The position numbers were made by a program, and so were the translations under genes. Shown here one piece after another: positions 1-9,241 of a stretch of 36,911 nucleotides of DNA. The notes beneath the pieces were generated by a model. The model saw only the letters and a program-made list of their open reading frames with translations. It was not told where the DNA came from and ran no database searches. The first letter of the stretch is position 1, and each line of letters starts with the position of its first letter. The stretch is from Candidatus Micrarchaeota archaeon (lineage in GTDB: Archaea > B1Sed10-29), in assembly GCA_964388265.1 (NCBI GenBank), contig CAYLXZ010000005.1, positions 1 through 36,911 on the forward strand, given 5' to 3'.

Positions 1-18
1 AGGCTCCGGCACCCCTGC
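1..18 (-). tRNA. 5' end of a tRNA (probably tRNA-Leu), truncated by the window edge
   Basis: Reverse complement reads GCAGGGG-TG-CCGGAGCCT, i.e. acceptor 5' strand, U8/G9 and start of the D-arm as in archaeal tRNA-Leu. A TATA-like TATTAAAT lies about 30 nt upstream on the minus strand. Anticodon not in the window. Confidence 0.5.
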
Positions 19-88
19 ATAACACTAGATTATTTATACTCCCTAAGATTTAATACCTTCAACACATTTATTAATCAACAAGGATAAC

Positions 89-1216
89 ATGAATCTAATT
101 CAACTTAAAGAGGAAGACTCAAGAAATAAATCAGTTAAAAAGTCAGCTGCACTGGCAATCCTTATCCTGATACTAGGAATATCCATAGGATTCAACTTGA
201 AGTTCTTCCTTGAAGAACCAACAATGGTAAACAGGCCTAAATTGAATCAAACAGTGTCAAAATACAACTTAATCGAAAAAGGAAACGTCTCCATACCTCA
301 ATTATATCAAAATATATCAAAATCAGTCGTATTAGTAGAATCTGATCCCTCTGGATCTGTACAGCAAGGTAGCCAGGGATCAGGATTCGTATACAGGTCA
401 GACGGATACATAATAACCAACCAACATGTCATAGAAAACGCGGAACAAGTAACTGTTACATTCCCAGATGGAGATATACAGAATGCGAAAGTAATTGGTT
501 CAGATTCTTATTCCGACATAGCCGTGCTCAAAGTGAACAGAACGAACCTAAAGCCAATTCCACTAGGAAACATAGAAGAAGTAAAATCAGGAGAACAAGC
601 CCTAGCAATAGGAAATCCCTTCGGACTTGAAGGAACCGTGACAAAAGGCATAGTGAGCCAGAAAAACCGTTTACTCGACACGGAAGCTGGATTCACCATA
701 CCGAACGTGATACAGACAGACGCAGCAGTGAATCCAGGGAACTCAGGAGGACCACTCATAAACCTCAGGGGAGAAGTAATCGGAGTGAACACAGCCATAA
801 GATCAGAAACCGGTTCATTCATAGGAGTAGGGTTCGCAGTATCAGTACAGACAATCAAAAAAGGAGAATACCATCATTCATGGATAGGAGTAAGAGGGCG
901 AGACATGACTCCAAAGATAGCTGAAAAAATGAACACAACCCAAGAAACAGGAGTAATAATAGCAGAAGTAGTAGAAGGAGGACCAGCAGACAAATCAGGA
1001 CTACAAGCAGGAACAGAAACCGCTTTAATCCAAGGAATAGAAATGAAGATAGGTGGGGACATAGTAACAGAGATAAACGGAGAAAAAATACTCAACATGA
1101 ATCAACTAGTATCCTACATAGCTCAAAACACCCAGCCAGGGCAAGAAATCACACTAACCATTATAAGAGACAACGAAGAAAAGAAAATCGACCTCAACCT
1201 GGAAAAAAGACCCTAA
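89..1216 (+). CDS. htrA: HtrA/DegP-family membrane-anchored serine protease with PDZ domain
   Basis: N-terminal TM helix; TNQH, DIAVLK and GNSGGPL catalytic-triad motifs; C-terminal PDZ (GGPADKSGL...GDIVTEING). Confidence 0.93.
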   Translation: MNLIQLKEEDSRNKSVKKSAALAILILILGISIGFNLKFFLEEPTMVNRPKLNQTVSKYNLIEKGNVSIPQLYQNISKSVVLVESDPSGSVQQGSQGSGFVYRSDGYIITNQHVIENAEQVTVTFPDGDIQNAKVIGSDSYSDIAVLKVNRTNLKPIPLGNIEEVKSGEQALAIGNPFGLEGTVTKGIVSQKNRLLDTEAGFTIPNVIQTDAAVNPGNSGGPLINLRGEVIGVNTAIRSETGSFIGVGFAVSVQTIKKGEYHHSWIGVRGRDMTPKIAEKMNTTQETGVIIAEVVEGGPADKSGLQAGTETALIQGIEMKIGGDIVTEINGEKILNMNQLVSYIAQNTQPGQEITLTIIRDNEEKKIDLNLEKRP

Positions 1217-1303
1217 CTAAAGAAGTCAAGTTACCCAAAGCAAATAATAATTTATTACTCCAAGATAATAATAAACATATAAAAATAATCATGGAGGGGT
1301 AAA

Positions 1304-2509
1304 ATGAAGAAGATAATCTTATTCATAACAGCAGCTCTACTAATAATTTCCTCAGGAACCATAAGCTACGGAAGCACCAGAGGATCTTTGGAAGACAGAG
1401 ACGAAGTAGAACTATGGATAGATAACTACTCAACTCTACCCAAAGAACCACAAACCGGGTTCAACAACATAGTACTACAAGTAGACTTCAAACACACAGG
1501 CACAGCGACATATAAAAACATATCATTCAACGCACAGACCCCACCACAACTAGAAGGAGTGAGAACAAACTTCTACATCTCCTACATGCAACCAGGAGAC
1601 ACATTCACAACCAGCTACAGATTCAACGTCAACGAAGACACGGATCCAGGGATATACACCGTTCCAATCCGAGTTAAATACACGGATATAGCGGGAGAAG
1701 GAGACAAGGAAGTAACTATCACCAGAGAAGCAAAGATGAAGGTATCCGACCAGACAAGAGTCGAGATAACAAACGTCAACCAAGAAAAAACAGTAGCACC
1801 AGGAGACAACTTCAAGACCGAAGTAACCGTTAAAAACATAGGAAACGCACCCAGTAACCTACTCGAAACAATAGTATCACTCTCAGAGGAATCAAAAGGA
1901 ATATACTGGCAAAGATCAAAGAAAACAATCCAATACCTCTCACCAGGACAAGAAAAAACAATCACATTCCAAGGAAAAACCAGCGAATCACTTGAAAACG
2001 GATTATACTCAGCTAAAACAACTGTGAAAAATGGAGACCAGAAACAAAACAACAGCTTCACCGTAGCCATACAAGGAAACCCAGAATTAACCTCAGCGGG
2101 AATAAATATAGGAGAGGAACTACTCACAGATAAAAAAACCTCTATCTCCCTACAACTAGAGAACATAGGTGAAGGAGACGCCAAAGCAGTATCCGTAGAA
2201 CTAGAAGAAGGAGACTTCAAAGGATCCACAACCGAACAAATCGGAACAATCGAATTCGACGAAACAGGAACAGCAATCTTCGACCTAAGCTTCAACACAC
2301 CAGGAGAACAAGAACTAACATTCAACGTAAACTACTTGGATGAAGGAGACGAAGAACACTCAAAAACAATTACAGGCTCCCTATACGTAGAAAAATCACC
2401 AACAGACTACACAATGATAATAATAGCAGCCATTGTACTAGCAGCAGTGATCTACTTCTTCTACTGGAGAAAGAAGAAAAAAGAAGAAGCCAGTGAAATA
2501 GATGTATAA
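1304..2509 (+). CDS. COG1361-type S-layer/CARDB (Ig-like repeat) protein with C-terminal membrane anchor
   Basis: Signal peptide, repeated beta-rich modules (N-x-G...A, PG-x-Y), C-terminal TM helix plus basic tail; typical position upstream of an ABC permease/ATPase. Confidence 0.8.
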   Translation: MKKIILFITAALLIISSGTISYGSTRGSLEDRDEVELWIDNYSTLPKEPQTGFNNIVLQVDFKHTGTATYKNISFNAQTPPQLEGVRTNFYISYMQPGDTFTTSYRFNVNEDTDPGIYTVPIRVKYTDIAGEGDKEVTITREAKMKVSDQTRVEITNVNQEKTVAPGDNFKTEVTVKNIGNAPSNLLETIVSLSEESKGIYWQRSKKTIQYLSPGQEKTITFQGKTSESLENGLYSAKTTVKNGDQKQNNSFTVAIQGNPELTSAGINIGEELLTDKKTSISLQLENIGEGDAKAVSVELEEGDFKGSTTEQIGTIEFDETGTAIFDLSFNTPGEQELTFNVNYLDEGDEEHSKTITGSLYVEKSPTDYTMIIIAAIVLAAVIYFFYWRKKKKEEASEIDV

Positions 2510-3647
2510 AATAGCTCTGAAAAACCTCCTTCAAAACAAAAAAAGAACCTTCCTAGCAGTAGTAGGACTAACTATAGCTATAGTAGGCCTCATATCCTTG
2601 GTATCCTTGAGTTCAGGGATAAGAACCAGTGTAGAAGAAAGCTTCAGCAGCATGGAAGGAGTAACCGTGATAGAAGAAGGAGCAACCGAACTAAGCTCAT
2701 CCCTAAGAGAACCAACAGCCAGAGAAATAGAAAGAATACAAGGCGTAAAAGTAGTTTCCCCAACAGTGGAGCTGATGCTCAGAACCATAGACGGAGAAAA
2801 ACCACAAGCATCCGGCGCAATGGGACCAATAGCAGGAGTAATAATGGGGTTTAATCCAGATAAAGAACTACAACGCTCCGAAGGAGGAGTATTCAAAAAG
2901 AACCTTGTGAAAGGATCCTTCCTACAGAGCAAAGAAGGTTCATCCGTACTGATATCCGAAGAAGTATCAGACGAATACGATAAAACCGTTGGAAGCACTA
3001 TAGATCTAAATGGAGAAACCTTCACAATCATAGGAATATACGACACAGGATCACAGTACCTAGACATGTCCTACATCATACCAATAGAAAAAGCAAGAGA
3101 GATGGGTGGTCTAGATCCAGACGAATCAAACTTCTTCCAAGTAGGAGTTAACAACCCGGATGAAGTTAACCAGATAGCACAGAAAATAAAATTCAAGATA
3201 GACGACATAGAAGCAAAATCAGCAAGCCAATGGTCAGGAGAATTCAGCTCAATAATGAGACAAATGGAACTATTCTTCCTAGGGATATCCAGCATAGCAG
3301 TATTAGTAGGCGCGGTAGGAATAATAAACACCATGTTAATGAGCGTGATGGAAAGAACAAGAGAATTCGGAGTCCTAAAAGCCATGGGATGGACAGAGAC
3401 AAACATAGTTAAGCTAGTAGTACTCGAATCACTCTTCCTAGGCATAATAGGAGGCATACTCGGTATAGTACTTGGCATAGGGCTAGTTCAAGTAGCCGAA
3501 GGCATAATGCCCTTTGAACCAATAGTAACAATACCCATAGTATTAGGTTCATTCCTACTATCCGTGATACTCGGATTAATAGGAGGAACATATCCAGCAT
3601 GGAAAGCCGCTAAACTAGACCCAGTAGAGGCAATAAGAATGGAGTGA
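2502..3647 (+). CDS. ABC transporter permease, MacB/FtsX (LolE-like) family
   Basis: 4-TM topology with large extracellular loop; INTMLMSVMERTREFGVLKAMG and YPAWKAAKLDPVEAIR signatures. Confidence 0.93.
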   Translation: MYKIALKNLLQNKKRTFLAVVGLTIAIVGLISLVSLSSGIRTSVEESFSSMEGVTVIEEGATELSSSLREPTAREIERIQGVKVVSPTVELMLRTIDGEKPQASGAMGPIAGVIMGFNPDKELQRSEGGVFKKNLVKGSFLQSKEGSSVLISEEVSDEYDKTVGSTIDLNGETFTIIGIYDTGSQYLDMSYIIPIEKAREMGGLDPDESNFFQVGVNNPDEVNQIAQKIKFKIDDIEAKSASQWSGEFSSIMRQMELFFLGISSIAVLVGAVGIINTMLMSVMERTREFGVLKAMGWTETNIVKLVVLESLFLGIIGGILGIVLGIGLVQVAEGIMPFEPIVTIPIVLGSFLLSVILGLIGGTYPAWKAAKLDPVEAIRME

Positions 3648-3651
3648 AAAA

Positions 3652-4335
3652 ATGTTAGAAGGAAAAAACATACATAAATACTACCAGCTAGGAGAAACCA
3701 CAGTAAAAGCACTGAAGGGGGTAGATGTAGAACTATGCAAAGGAGACTTCACATTCATCGTAGGACCAAGCGGATCAGGAAAAACAACACTCCTAGACAT
3801 ACTCGGAGCACTCTCCAGACCCACAAAAGGAAAAGTACTATACAAAGACAAAGAACTCAACACCTTCAACGACTACCAGCTATCCATGTTCAGAAGAAAA
3901 AAAGTAGGGTTCGTATTCCAAACCTACAACCTCAACAGAAGCCTAACAGCCCTAGAAAACGTCCTAGTACCACTACAACCACAAGGAGTAACCTCAAAAG
4001 ATAAAAAAAGAGCAAAGAAACTTCTAAAAGAAACAGGTCTAGGAGAAAGAATAAAACACAAACCCACACAGCTATCAGGAGGAGAAATACAAAGAGTGAC
4101 AGTAGCAAGAGCAATGATAAACAACCCAGACATAATACTAGCCGACGAACCAACAGGAGAACTCGACACAAAAACAGGAGACAAACTAATGGAATACATG
4201 CGGAAAATAAATAAAGAAGAAGATGTGTCCTTCCTCATAGTAACCCACGACACAGAATACATAGAAGAAGGAGACAGACTAATAGAAATGAAAGATGGAA
4301 AACTCTTCAAAGACGATAAATCTATCGAGAAATAA
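3652..4335 (+). CDS. ABC transporter ATP-binding protein (LolD/MacB-like)
   Basis: Walker A GPSGSGKT, signature LSGGE, Walker B ILADEPTG, H-loop VTHD. Confidence 0.95.
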   Translation: MLEGKNIHKYYQLGETTVKALKGVDVELCKGDFTFIVGPSGSGKTTLLDILGALSRPTKGKVLYKDKELNTFNDYQLSMFRRKKVGFVFQTYNLNRSLTALENVLVPLQPQGVTSKDKKRAKKLLKETGLGERIKHKPTQLSGGEIQRVTVARAMINNPDIILADEPTGELDTKTGDKLMEYMRKINKEEDVSFLIVTHDTEYIEEGDRLIEMKDGKLFKDDKSIEK

Positions 4336-4897
4336 ACCTATTGTCCTCTACATAGAACCTAAGCGGTTCATCTAAATCCTCAATCACACCTATCCTCTTA
4401 CTTCTACCAACACTGAAATCGCTGAAACTCTCTTCACTTATATAGAGTTCTTCTTCACTGCAGATATCCGACCTATCCAGAGACTTATCTATACCAAGAG
4501 CCTGAGTAAGTTTACCTGGACCAGAACACAGATCCCTAGTCTTATCCCTATCTCTCCTTTCTTTCATTTTCTCTAGCCCTTTTTTGGGTTCTAGAGCTCT
4601 GAATAAAACAGCACTAGGTTCACCTCTTTCACCAGTAACAACATTCAACATCCAGTGCCCATGCACCATATAAATAAAAACTGTTCCAGGCTCCATCCAC
4701 ATAACCTCAGTGTTACCTGTCTTACCATCCTGAGCAACTCTAGAAGCAGGGTCATCTCCTCCAAAGTAAGCTTCAGTCTCCACGATGAAACCAGAAGCAA
4801 CTTTTCCATCCTCTTCTCTATACATCACGTGACCTAAAAGATCCCTAGCCACTTCATCCGCATCCCTACGGTAAAAGCTCCTATCCAAAGTATCCAT
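4322..4897 (-). CDS. mpg: 3-methyladenine DNA glycosylase (AAG/MPG family)
   Basis: VARDLLG, IVETEAY, AVLFRALEP, GPGKLTQALGI and RIGV motifs. ATG at 4897 preferred over TTG at 4906. Confidence 0.92.
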   Translation of the reverse strand: MDTLDRSFYRRDADEVARDLLGHVMYREEDGKVASGFIVETEAYFGGDDPASRVAQDGKTGNTEVMWMEPGTVFIYMVHGHWMLNVVTGERGEPSAVLFRALEPKKGLEKMKERRDRDKTRDLCSGPGKLTQALGIDKSLDRSDICSEEELYISEESFSDFSVGRSKRIGVIEDLDEPLRFYVEDNRFISR

Positions 4898-4947
4898 CTC
4901 ACTCAATATTATTTAAACCATAATCCCTTATTTTCTTACTGATAAAG

Positions 4948-5679
4948 ATGAAGAAAACAACCCTAACCATAACTCTGTTACTAGGAACACTACTCCTGCT
5001 ACAAGGATGTGTAGATCAACAGACAGTTAGGAAACCCATTAATTATACTGATCAACCTCAAAAAACTATCGAGCCACCATCACCACCATCAGTAAACGGA
5101 ACAAAGATGGAGAAACTAACACATAAACTAGTGAACCAAGAAAGAAAAGAACATGGGTTAAGTGAACTGGAATGGAACAGCGAACTAGCAGCAGTAGCAA
5201 GAAAACACAGCGAATACCTAGCCAGCCACCCTGACAACCATGGGTTTGAAAAAAACCAGAGTATACACATAAGTCATATAGGGAAAGACGGTGAAAAACA
5301 CGCTCATCGACTAGAAGAAGCCAATATATACTACACGAATGGATCAGCAGAAAACGTAGCAGGAATAGGATCAGTGAACTCCACCTACATAAAAACAGGA
5401 GAACCAGCATCCTACCTGAACTCCACACAGATATCCCAGGGAGCAGTGAAGGGATGGATGAACAGCACAGGCCACAGAGAAAACATATTAACTTCAGAAT
5501 TCGAGGAAACAGGGGTAGGAATAGCCACAGATCCAACAGACACCAACTACATATTCACACAGGTATTCATAAACCGAGCGAACTGCGGGTACAAATACGG
5601 AGAATGCTGCAGCAACCGAGGATGTTTCGTTGGGCTCAAGTGTATTGATGGAATCTGCATGAACCAAACCAATAAATAA
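4948..5679 (+). CDS. CAP/SCP-domain lipoprotein with Cys-rich C-terminal tail
   Basis: LLLQGC lipobox; LVNQER, ARKHS, AENVA, WMNSTGHRENIL and GVGIA CAP motifs. Confidence 0.88.
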   Translation: MKKTTLTITLLLGTLLLLQGCVDQQTVRKPINYTDQPQKTIEPPSPPSVNGTKMEKLTHKLVNQERKEHGLSELEWNSELAAVARKHSEYLASHPDNHGFEKNQSIHISHIGKDGEKHAHRLEEANIYYTNGSAENVAGIGSVNSTYIKTGEPASYLNSTQISQGAVKGWMNSTGHRENILTSEFEETGVGIATDPTDTNYIFTQVFINRANCGYKYGECCSNRGCFVGLKCIDGICMNQTNK

Positions 5680-5706
5680 ATCTACTACCTTAAAGAGGTG
5701 GTTCAA

Positions 5707-6567
5707 ATGGCTGACCCTCGGAAAAATATCTCTGAAAAAACATTAAACAAGAAAGCTTCAGACATAAAAGAGCTTAAGGAAAGAGAAGAATTGAAAGAAA
5801 TGAAGGAAAGACTAAAAAGATCGAAGAGAAAGATGGAAGCAGAGGGAGAAGTAGCTCAGGAGAAAAAGATAGAAACAACAGCAGATACCCTATTAGAAAG
5901 CTTAATTGATGGGGAAAGAGTTGCTATGGAAAAATTAAGTAGAGTAAGAGAGAAAGGAGAAGATGTCGAGTGGAAAAAAGTTTCTGCAGAGACCACTAAA
6001 TTCTTGCTAGGAAAAACAAAGGAACTTCTGAAAGAAGAGATGAACCCTCAAGAAAGAGCTCAGGTCTTGGAAGAGCTTGCGGAAAAACTAAATTCTGTTA
6101 AGGGAGAGATAACAAATATATCCGCTCAAGAGGAAGAGAAATTACGGACGCAAATGAATCAACAACAGGCTGACTCTTACCTTCAAGGAATGAAGAAAGG
6201 AGTAGATGAATGGCTGGAAGAACAGGAATTCAAAGTAGGCAAAGCAGAGATAAATAAAAAAGTCGTAAAACCACCACAAGAAGAAAGTCTTTCAAAAGAA
6301 GAAAAAGAAAGAAGAGAAGAACAGAGAAATCTACAGAAAAAGCTAGACAAAGCCAAAGACGTAGAAGACTACTATCCAAAGCTTCGGGAAACAGTTGAAA
6401 AACGAGAAACACCTCTAAATGAAGAAGAAGTAGAACAGATGAAAGAAAAACTAGGGAAAGACACATTGGTGGACTTATATCTCGCTCGAAAGGGTTCAGG
6501 AAGACTAACAGAAGAGGAAGAAAAAAGATTCAAAGAAACCTCTGACTACATCGATAAATACTACTGA
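5707..6567 (+). CDS. Hypothetical Lys/Glu-rich coiled-coil protein
   Basis: Long ORF with GAGGTGG SD before ATG 5707; no recognisable motif. Confidence 0.7.
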   Translation: MADPRKNISEKTLNKKASDIKELKEREELKEMKERLKRSKRKMEAEGEVAQEKKIETTADTLLESLIDGERVAMEKLSRVREKGEDVEWKKVSAETTKFLLGKTKELLKEEMNPQERAQVLEELAEKLNSVKGEITNISAQEEEKLRTQMNQQQADSYLQGMKKGVDEWLEEQEFKVGKAEINKKVVKPPQEESLSKEEKERREEQRNLQKKLDKAKDVEDYYPKLRETVEKRETPLNEEEVEQMKEKLGKDTLVDLYLARKGSGRLTEEEEKRFKETSDYIDKYY

Positions 6568-6672
6568 AGTAAACTCTCTTGAGTATGAATCTAGTTTATA
6601 TAACCTTTATAAACCACCGTTATCCCAAATTAACTCAAGATGTTTAAATATTGCAAAGGCTTGGGAAAGAAA

Positions 6673-6873
6673 AGGGCTTCACCCACCCACAGATTTCCTG
6701 AGTACAACCTCTCTCATCTTCTTTACATGTTTCTACTCTCCCTACCTATATGTCTAACAACACCCAAAGGACATAGGACCGATGTTCGTAAGCTACCTCG
6801 AGGACCCACTAGATGATGAAGGGGGAAGAAGACCCCATCTCTCTCACGCAGGGTCCCCTCTCGCCTCAGCCCT
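6673..6873. ncRNA. Candidate structured ncRNA or leader, family unknown
   Basis: ORF-free block closed by AGGGCT/AGCCCT, with several internal stems. TTTAAATA sits 30 nt upstream on +, and an oligo-T run follows on -. Confidence 0.3.
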
Positions 6874-6931
6874 ACACTACAACTCTATAACTCCTAAAAC
6901 TACTGTAAATCCAACCGAGGAGGTGGATTAA

Positions 6932-7303
6932 ATGAGTAAATGGAGATACCTATATCGACTGGGATTGAATGAATACCAATCTAAATGCCTCTGCACTCTG
7001 ATAAAGCAAGGGGACATGACAGCGGAGGAAGTATCCGAAGAAGCCGAAGTACCGTACTCCAAGGTCTACAGCGTTCTCAAGAACCTTGAAGACATGGGGA
7101 TGGTTATCTCCACCGAGGAAAGACCAAAGAGATTCGTGGCCAAAGACGAAGAGAAAGCAATCGACTTCCTGATTAACCGAAAGGAAAGAGAGTTATCCAG
7201 GATACGTCAGGAAGCGATGAAGGCGAAGAAGGAGTTCAACGCCGTGAAAACAGCTGACCCAGAGAACAACATATACAGACAGACAACCCTTGGGTTCCAG
7301 TAA
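6932..7303 (+). CDS. TrmB-family winged-HTH transcriptional regulator (DNA-binding domain only)
   Basis: LGLNEYQSK...TAEEVSEEAEVPYSKVYSVLKNLEDMGMV...RPKRF; GGAGGTGG SD. Confidence 0.88.
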   Translation: MSKWRYLYRLGLNEYQSKCLCTLIKQGDMTAEEVSEEAEVPYSKVYSVLKNLEDMGMVISTEERPKRFVAKDEEKAIDFLINRKERELSRIRQEAMKAKKEFNAVKTADPENNIYRQTTLGFQ

Positions 7304-7354
7304 AGCTTATTTGGAACCAACCCCTTAATTACCTCAGCCTCTCCCATCTCCACC

Positions 7355-7427
7355 GCCTCGGTAGCTCAGTGGCTAGAGCACCTCCCTCGTAAGGAGGATG
7401 TCGTGGGTTCAAATCCCATCCGAGGCT
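7355..7427 (+). tRNA. tRNA-Thr(CGT)
   Basis: Full cloverleaf: acceptor GCCTCGG/CCGAGGC, anticodon arm CCTCC-CTCGTAA-GGAGG (CGT at 7388-7390), T-arm GTGGG-TTCAAAT-CCCAT. CCA not encoded. Confidence 0.97.
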
Positions 7428-8729
7428 TAGGTCAAAGGATTTAAGGTGGCTTCAACAATATAATTGATGATTAAAGGAAACCCTGGCAGTACATAAAAAA
7501 CACCGAAAAGAATTCTCAGAAGAAAACTAGTGCCTAAAAGATATTGATAAAAGCATCCTCACAGGGAAGAGATAACTATCTCCATGGTATCAGTTTATTC
7601 CAAAGTGACTCTTCCGTCTTTTTTTTCTCTCGCATCTCCTTCAAAGTTTCTAAGTATGCTTCGTACATTGCTTCCCCCTCGCTCATTCCTAAATCCCGTT
7701 TCTCTCGTTTCTTTTCTTTTTCTATTTCCTGAAACTTTTCTTCTTGTTTTTCGAGGTTTTTTATCTTTTTTTCTGCTTGTTTTGCTTTTTCGTATTCTTC
7801 TTTGCTATCGAAGTATTTCTCTGGGTTTTTCTTTTTCTCTTTGGCTTCTTGTAGTTTTTTGTATCTTTGCGCCGTCTCTGTATCAAATCTAAAATGTCTC
7901 ATTAACTGGTTTCTTGGCGGGTATGCTTCTTTTGTTTGTTCTGGGTATCCTGCCTTCTCATGAAGATCCTTTTCTACTAGGTGTTTTCTTTTGATCTCTA
8001 TATTTTCTTTCTCTCCAAGCTCTTCCTTCAACTTATGGTATACTGGTGTGTGGTTGGCTCCTGCTTCTATGTAGATTTTTTTACCTGGATTTTCCCTTAT
8101 AATCTTCTTGAGTTTTTTCAATCTCTCTTTCTCTCTTTCTTCATTAGATTTTGCTTTTTCTTCCGGAGATTGAGGAAGAATATAATTAGTCCTTCCCATT
8201 TTCCCTTTTATTTCTTTCCCTTCCTCCTGCATCTCTTTATAAACCTTAAACTTTTTTTCTGAATACTCTAGAAATTTTGTCTCTTCCTTTGCTACTTTTT
8301 TAAGTTCTTCCTCCGTTTCTGCCTCTTTTAGTTTTTCTATAGTTTTAGATGTTTGTTCTGGTATTATTATGTCTGCTTCCTCCATTTCCTTTTTCTTTCC
8401 CACCATCTGAGGGTAGTGTGATTCGAATTCTATCGTTATTTCTGTTTTTCCTTCTTCTCCTTTGGCTTTTTTCTGTTTCTGCTTCTCCACTTGTTTTTTC
8501 ACTTTTTTTTCTTTTTCTCTTGTTCCTGTTCTCTTGTGTAACTTCTTTTCTCTTTCTTCGAGCTTCTTCTGCCTCTCCGATTTCTCAGATCTCGACTTCT
8601 TAGCCATTTGACCACATCACTATTAGAGCCTTGAACTTAAAAAATATTCACATTCACTCCTGGAATCGATATTGATCTTTGTTCTAGACTCCCTATTTTT
8701 ACATTTAGTGTAAAAGTCCATCCGAGGCT
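7416..8729. mobile_element. Small islet bounded by a direct repeat of the tRNA-Thr 3' end (att-like); no integrase
   Basis: CCATCCGAGGCT at 7416-7427 recurs exactly at 8718-8729 (15/17 including the upstream AAA). Confidence 0.55.
7576..8607 (-). CDS. Hypothetical highly charged protein, possible TraB/TIKI/EreA-like domain
   Basis: 343 aa ORF; motifs IEFESH, ADIIIPE and IYIEAGANH between coiled-coil stretches. Confidence 0.6.
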   Translation of the reverse strand: MAKKSRSEKSERQKKLEEREKKLHKRTGTREKEKKVKKQVEKQKQKKAKGEEGKTEITIEFESHYPQMVGKKKEMEEADIIIPEQTSKTIEKLKEAETEEELKKVAKEETKFLEYSEKKFKVYKEMQEEGKEIKGKMGRTNYILPQSPEEKAKSNEEREKERLKKLKKIIRENPGKKIYIEAGANHTPVYHKLKEELGEKENIEIKRKHLVEKDLHEKAGYPEQTKEAYPPRNQLMRHFRFDTETAQRYKKLQEAKEKKKNPEKYFDSKEEYEKAKQAEKKIKNLEKQEEKFQEIEKEKKREKRDLGMSEGEAMYEAYLETLKEMREKKKTEESLWNKLIPWR

Positions 8730-8775
8730 CTCCAGATAAGGTGTAATGTTCAATCCTTTAGTTAATCAAAGTGAA

Positions 8776-9048
8776 TTATTTATAGGCTTTTTTTCGGTGG
8801 ATAACAGATAAGAACTTAATTTCATCTTCATATATGTCAAAGAAGGCTCTATAATCTCCTATTCTATATCTCCATTGTTCATCTTTTGATATGAATTTAG
8901 TATTATTATGTTGTCTTGGATTAATATTATATTTATTTACCTGCTTTCCAAACTCTTTAACTTTCTTTCTAATCCTTTCTTGTTGGCTTTTCTCTAGTCT
9001 TTCTAGGGTTTTCTCAAATCTGTCCGTAAAGGTAACTTTATAGCTCAT
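8776..9048 (-). CDS. relE: RelE/ParE-family type II toxin
   Basis: YKVTFTDRFEKTLERL...WRYRIGDYRAFFDI...VIHRKKAY; overlaps the upstream antitoxin. Confidence 0.85.
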   Translation of the reverse strand: MSYKVTFTDRFEKTLERLEKSQQERIRKKVKEFGKQVNKYNINPRQHNNTKFISKDEQWRYRIGDYRAFFDIYEDEIKFLSVIHRKKAYK

Positions 9049-9241
9049 CTATTGGTCTTCCTTCTTGTTCTCTGGCTATTTCGATGTCTTTCTTGGCTTT
9101 TTCAGATAGTTCTTTTCTTTCAACTTCTCTGAGGAGGGATCTTAAGAATTCACCTTTTGAAGTGTAATTTCCTTCTTTTGTAGCTTCTTCTACCTCTTTT
9201 GCCATTTTCTCAGGGGCTTTGAAGCTTATTGTAGTACTCAT
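9038..9241 (-). CDS. Ribbon-helix-helix (CopG-like) antitoxin
   Basis: TTISFKAPEKMAKEVEEAT...YTSKGEFLRSLLRE; GAGGTGA SD before ATG 9241; coupled to relE. Confidence 0.8.
   Translation of the reverse strand: MSTTISFKAPEKMAKEVEEATKEGNYTSKGEFLRSLLREVERKELSEKAKKDIEIAREQEGRPIDEL

Noticed and set aside
6673..6873. RNase P RNA, SRP RNA or hammerhead ribozyme
   Set aside because: Lacks GAGGAAAGUCC/ACAGAA, the SRP helix-8 motif and the CUGAUGA...GAAA core on either strand.
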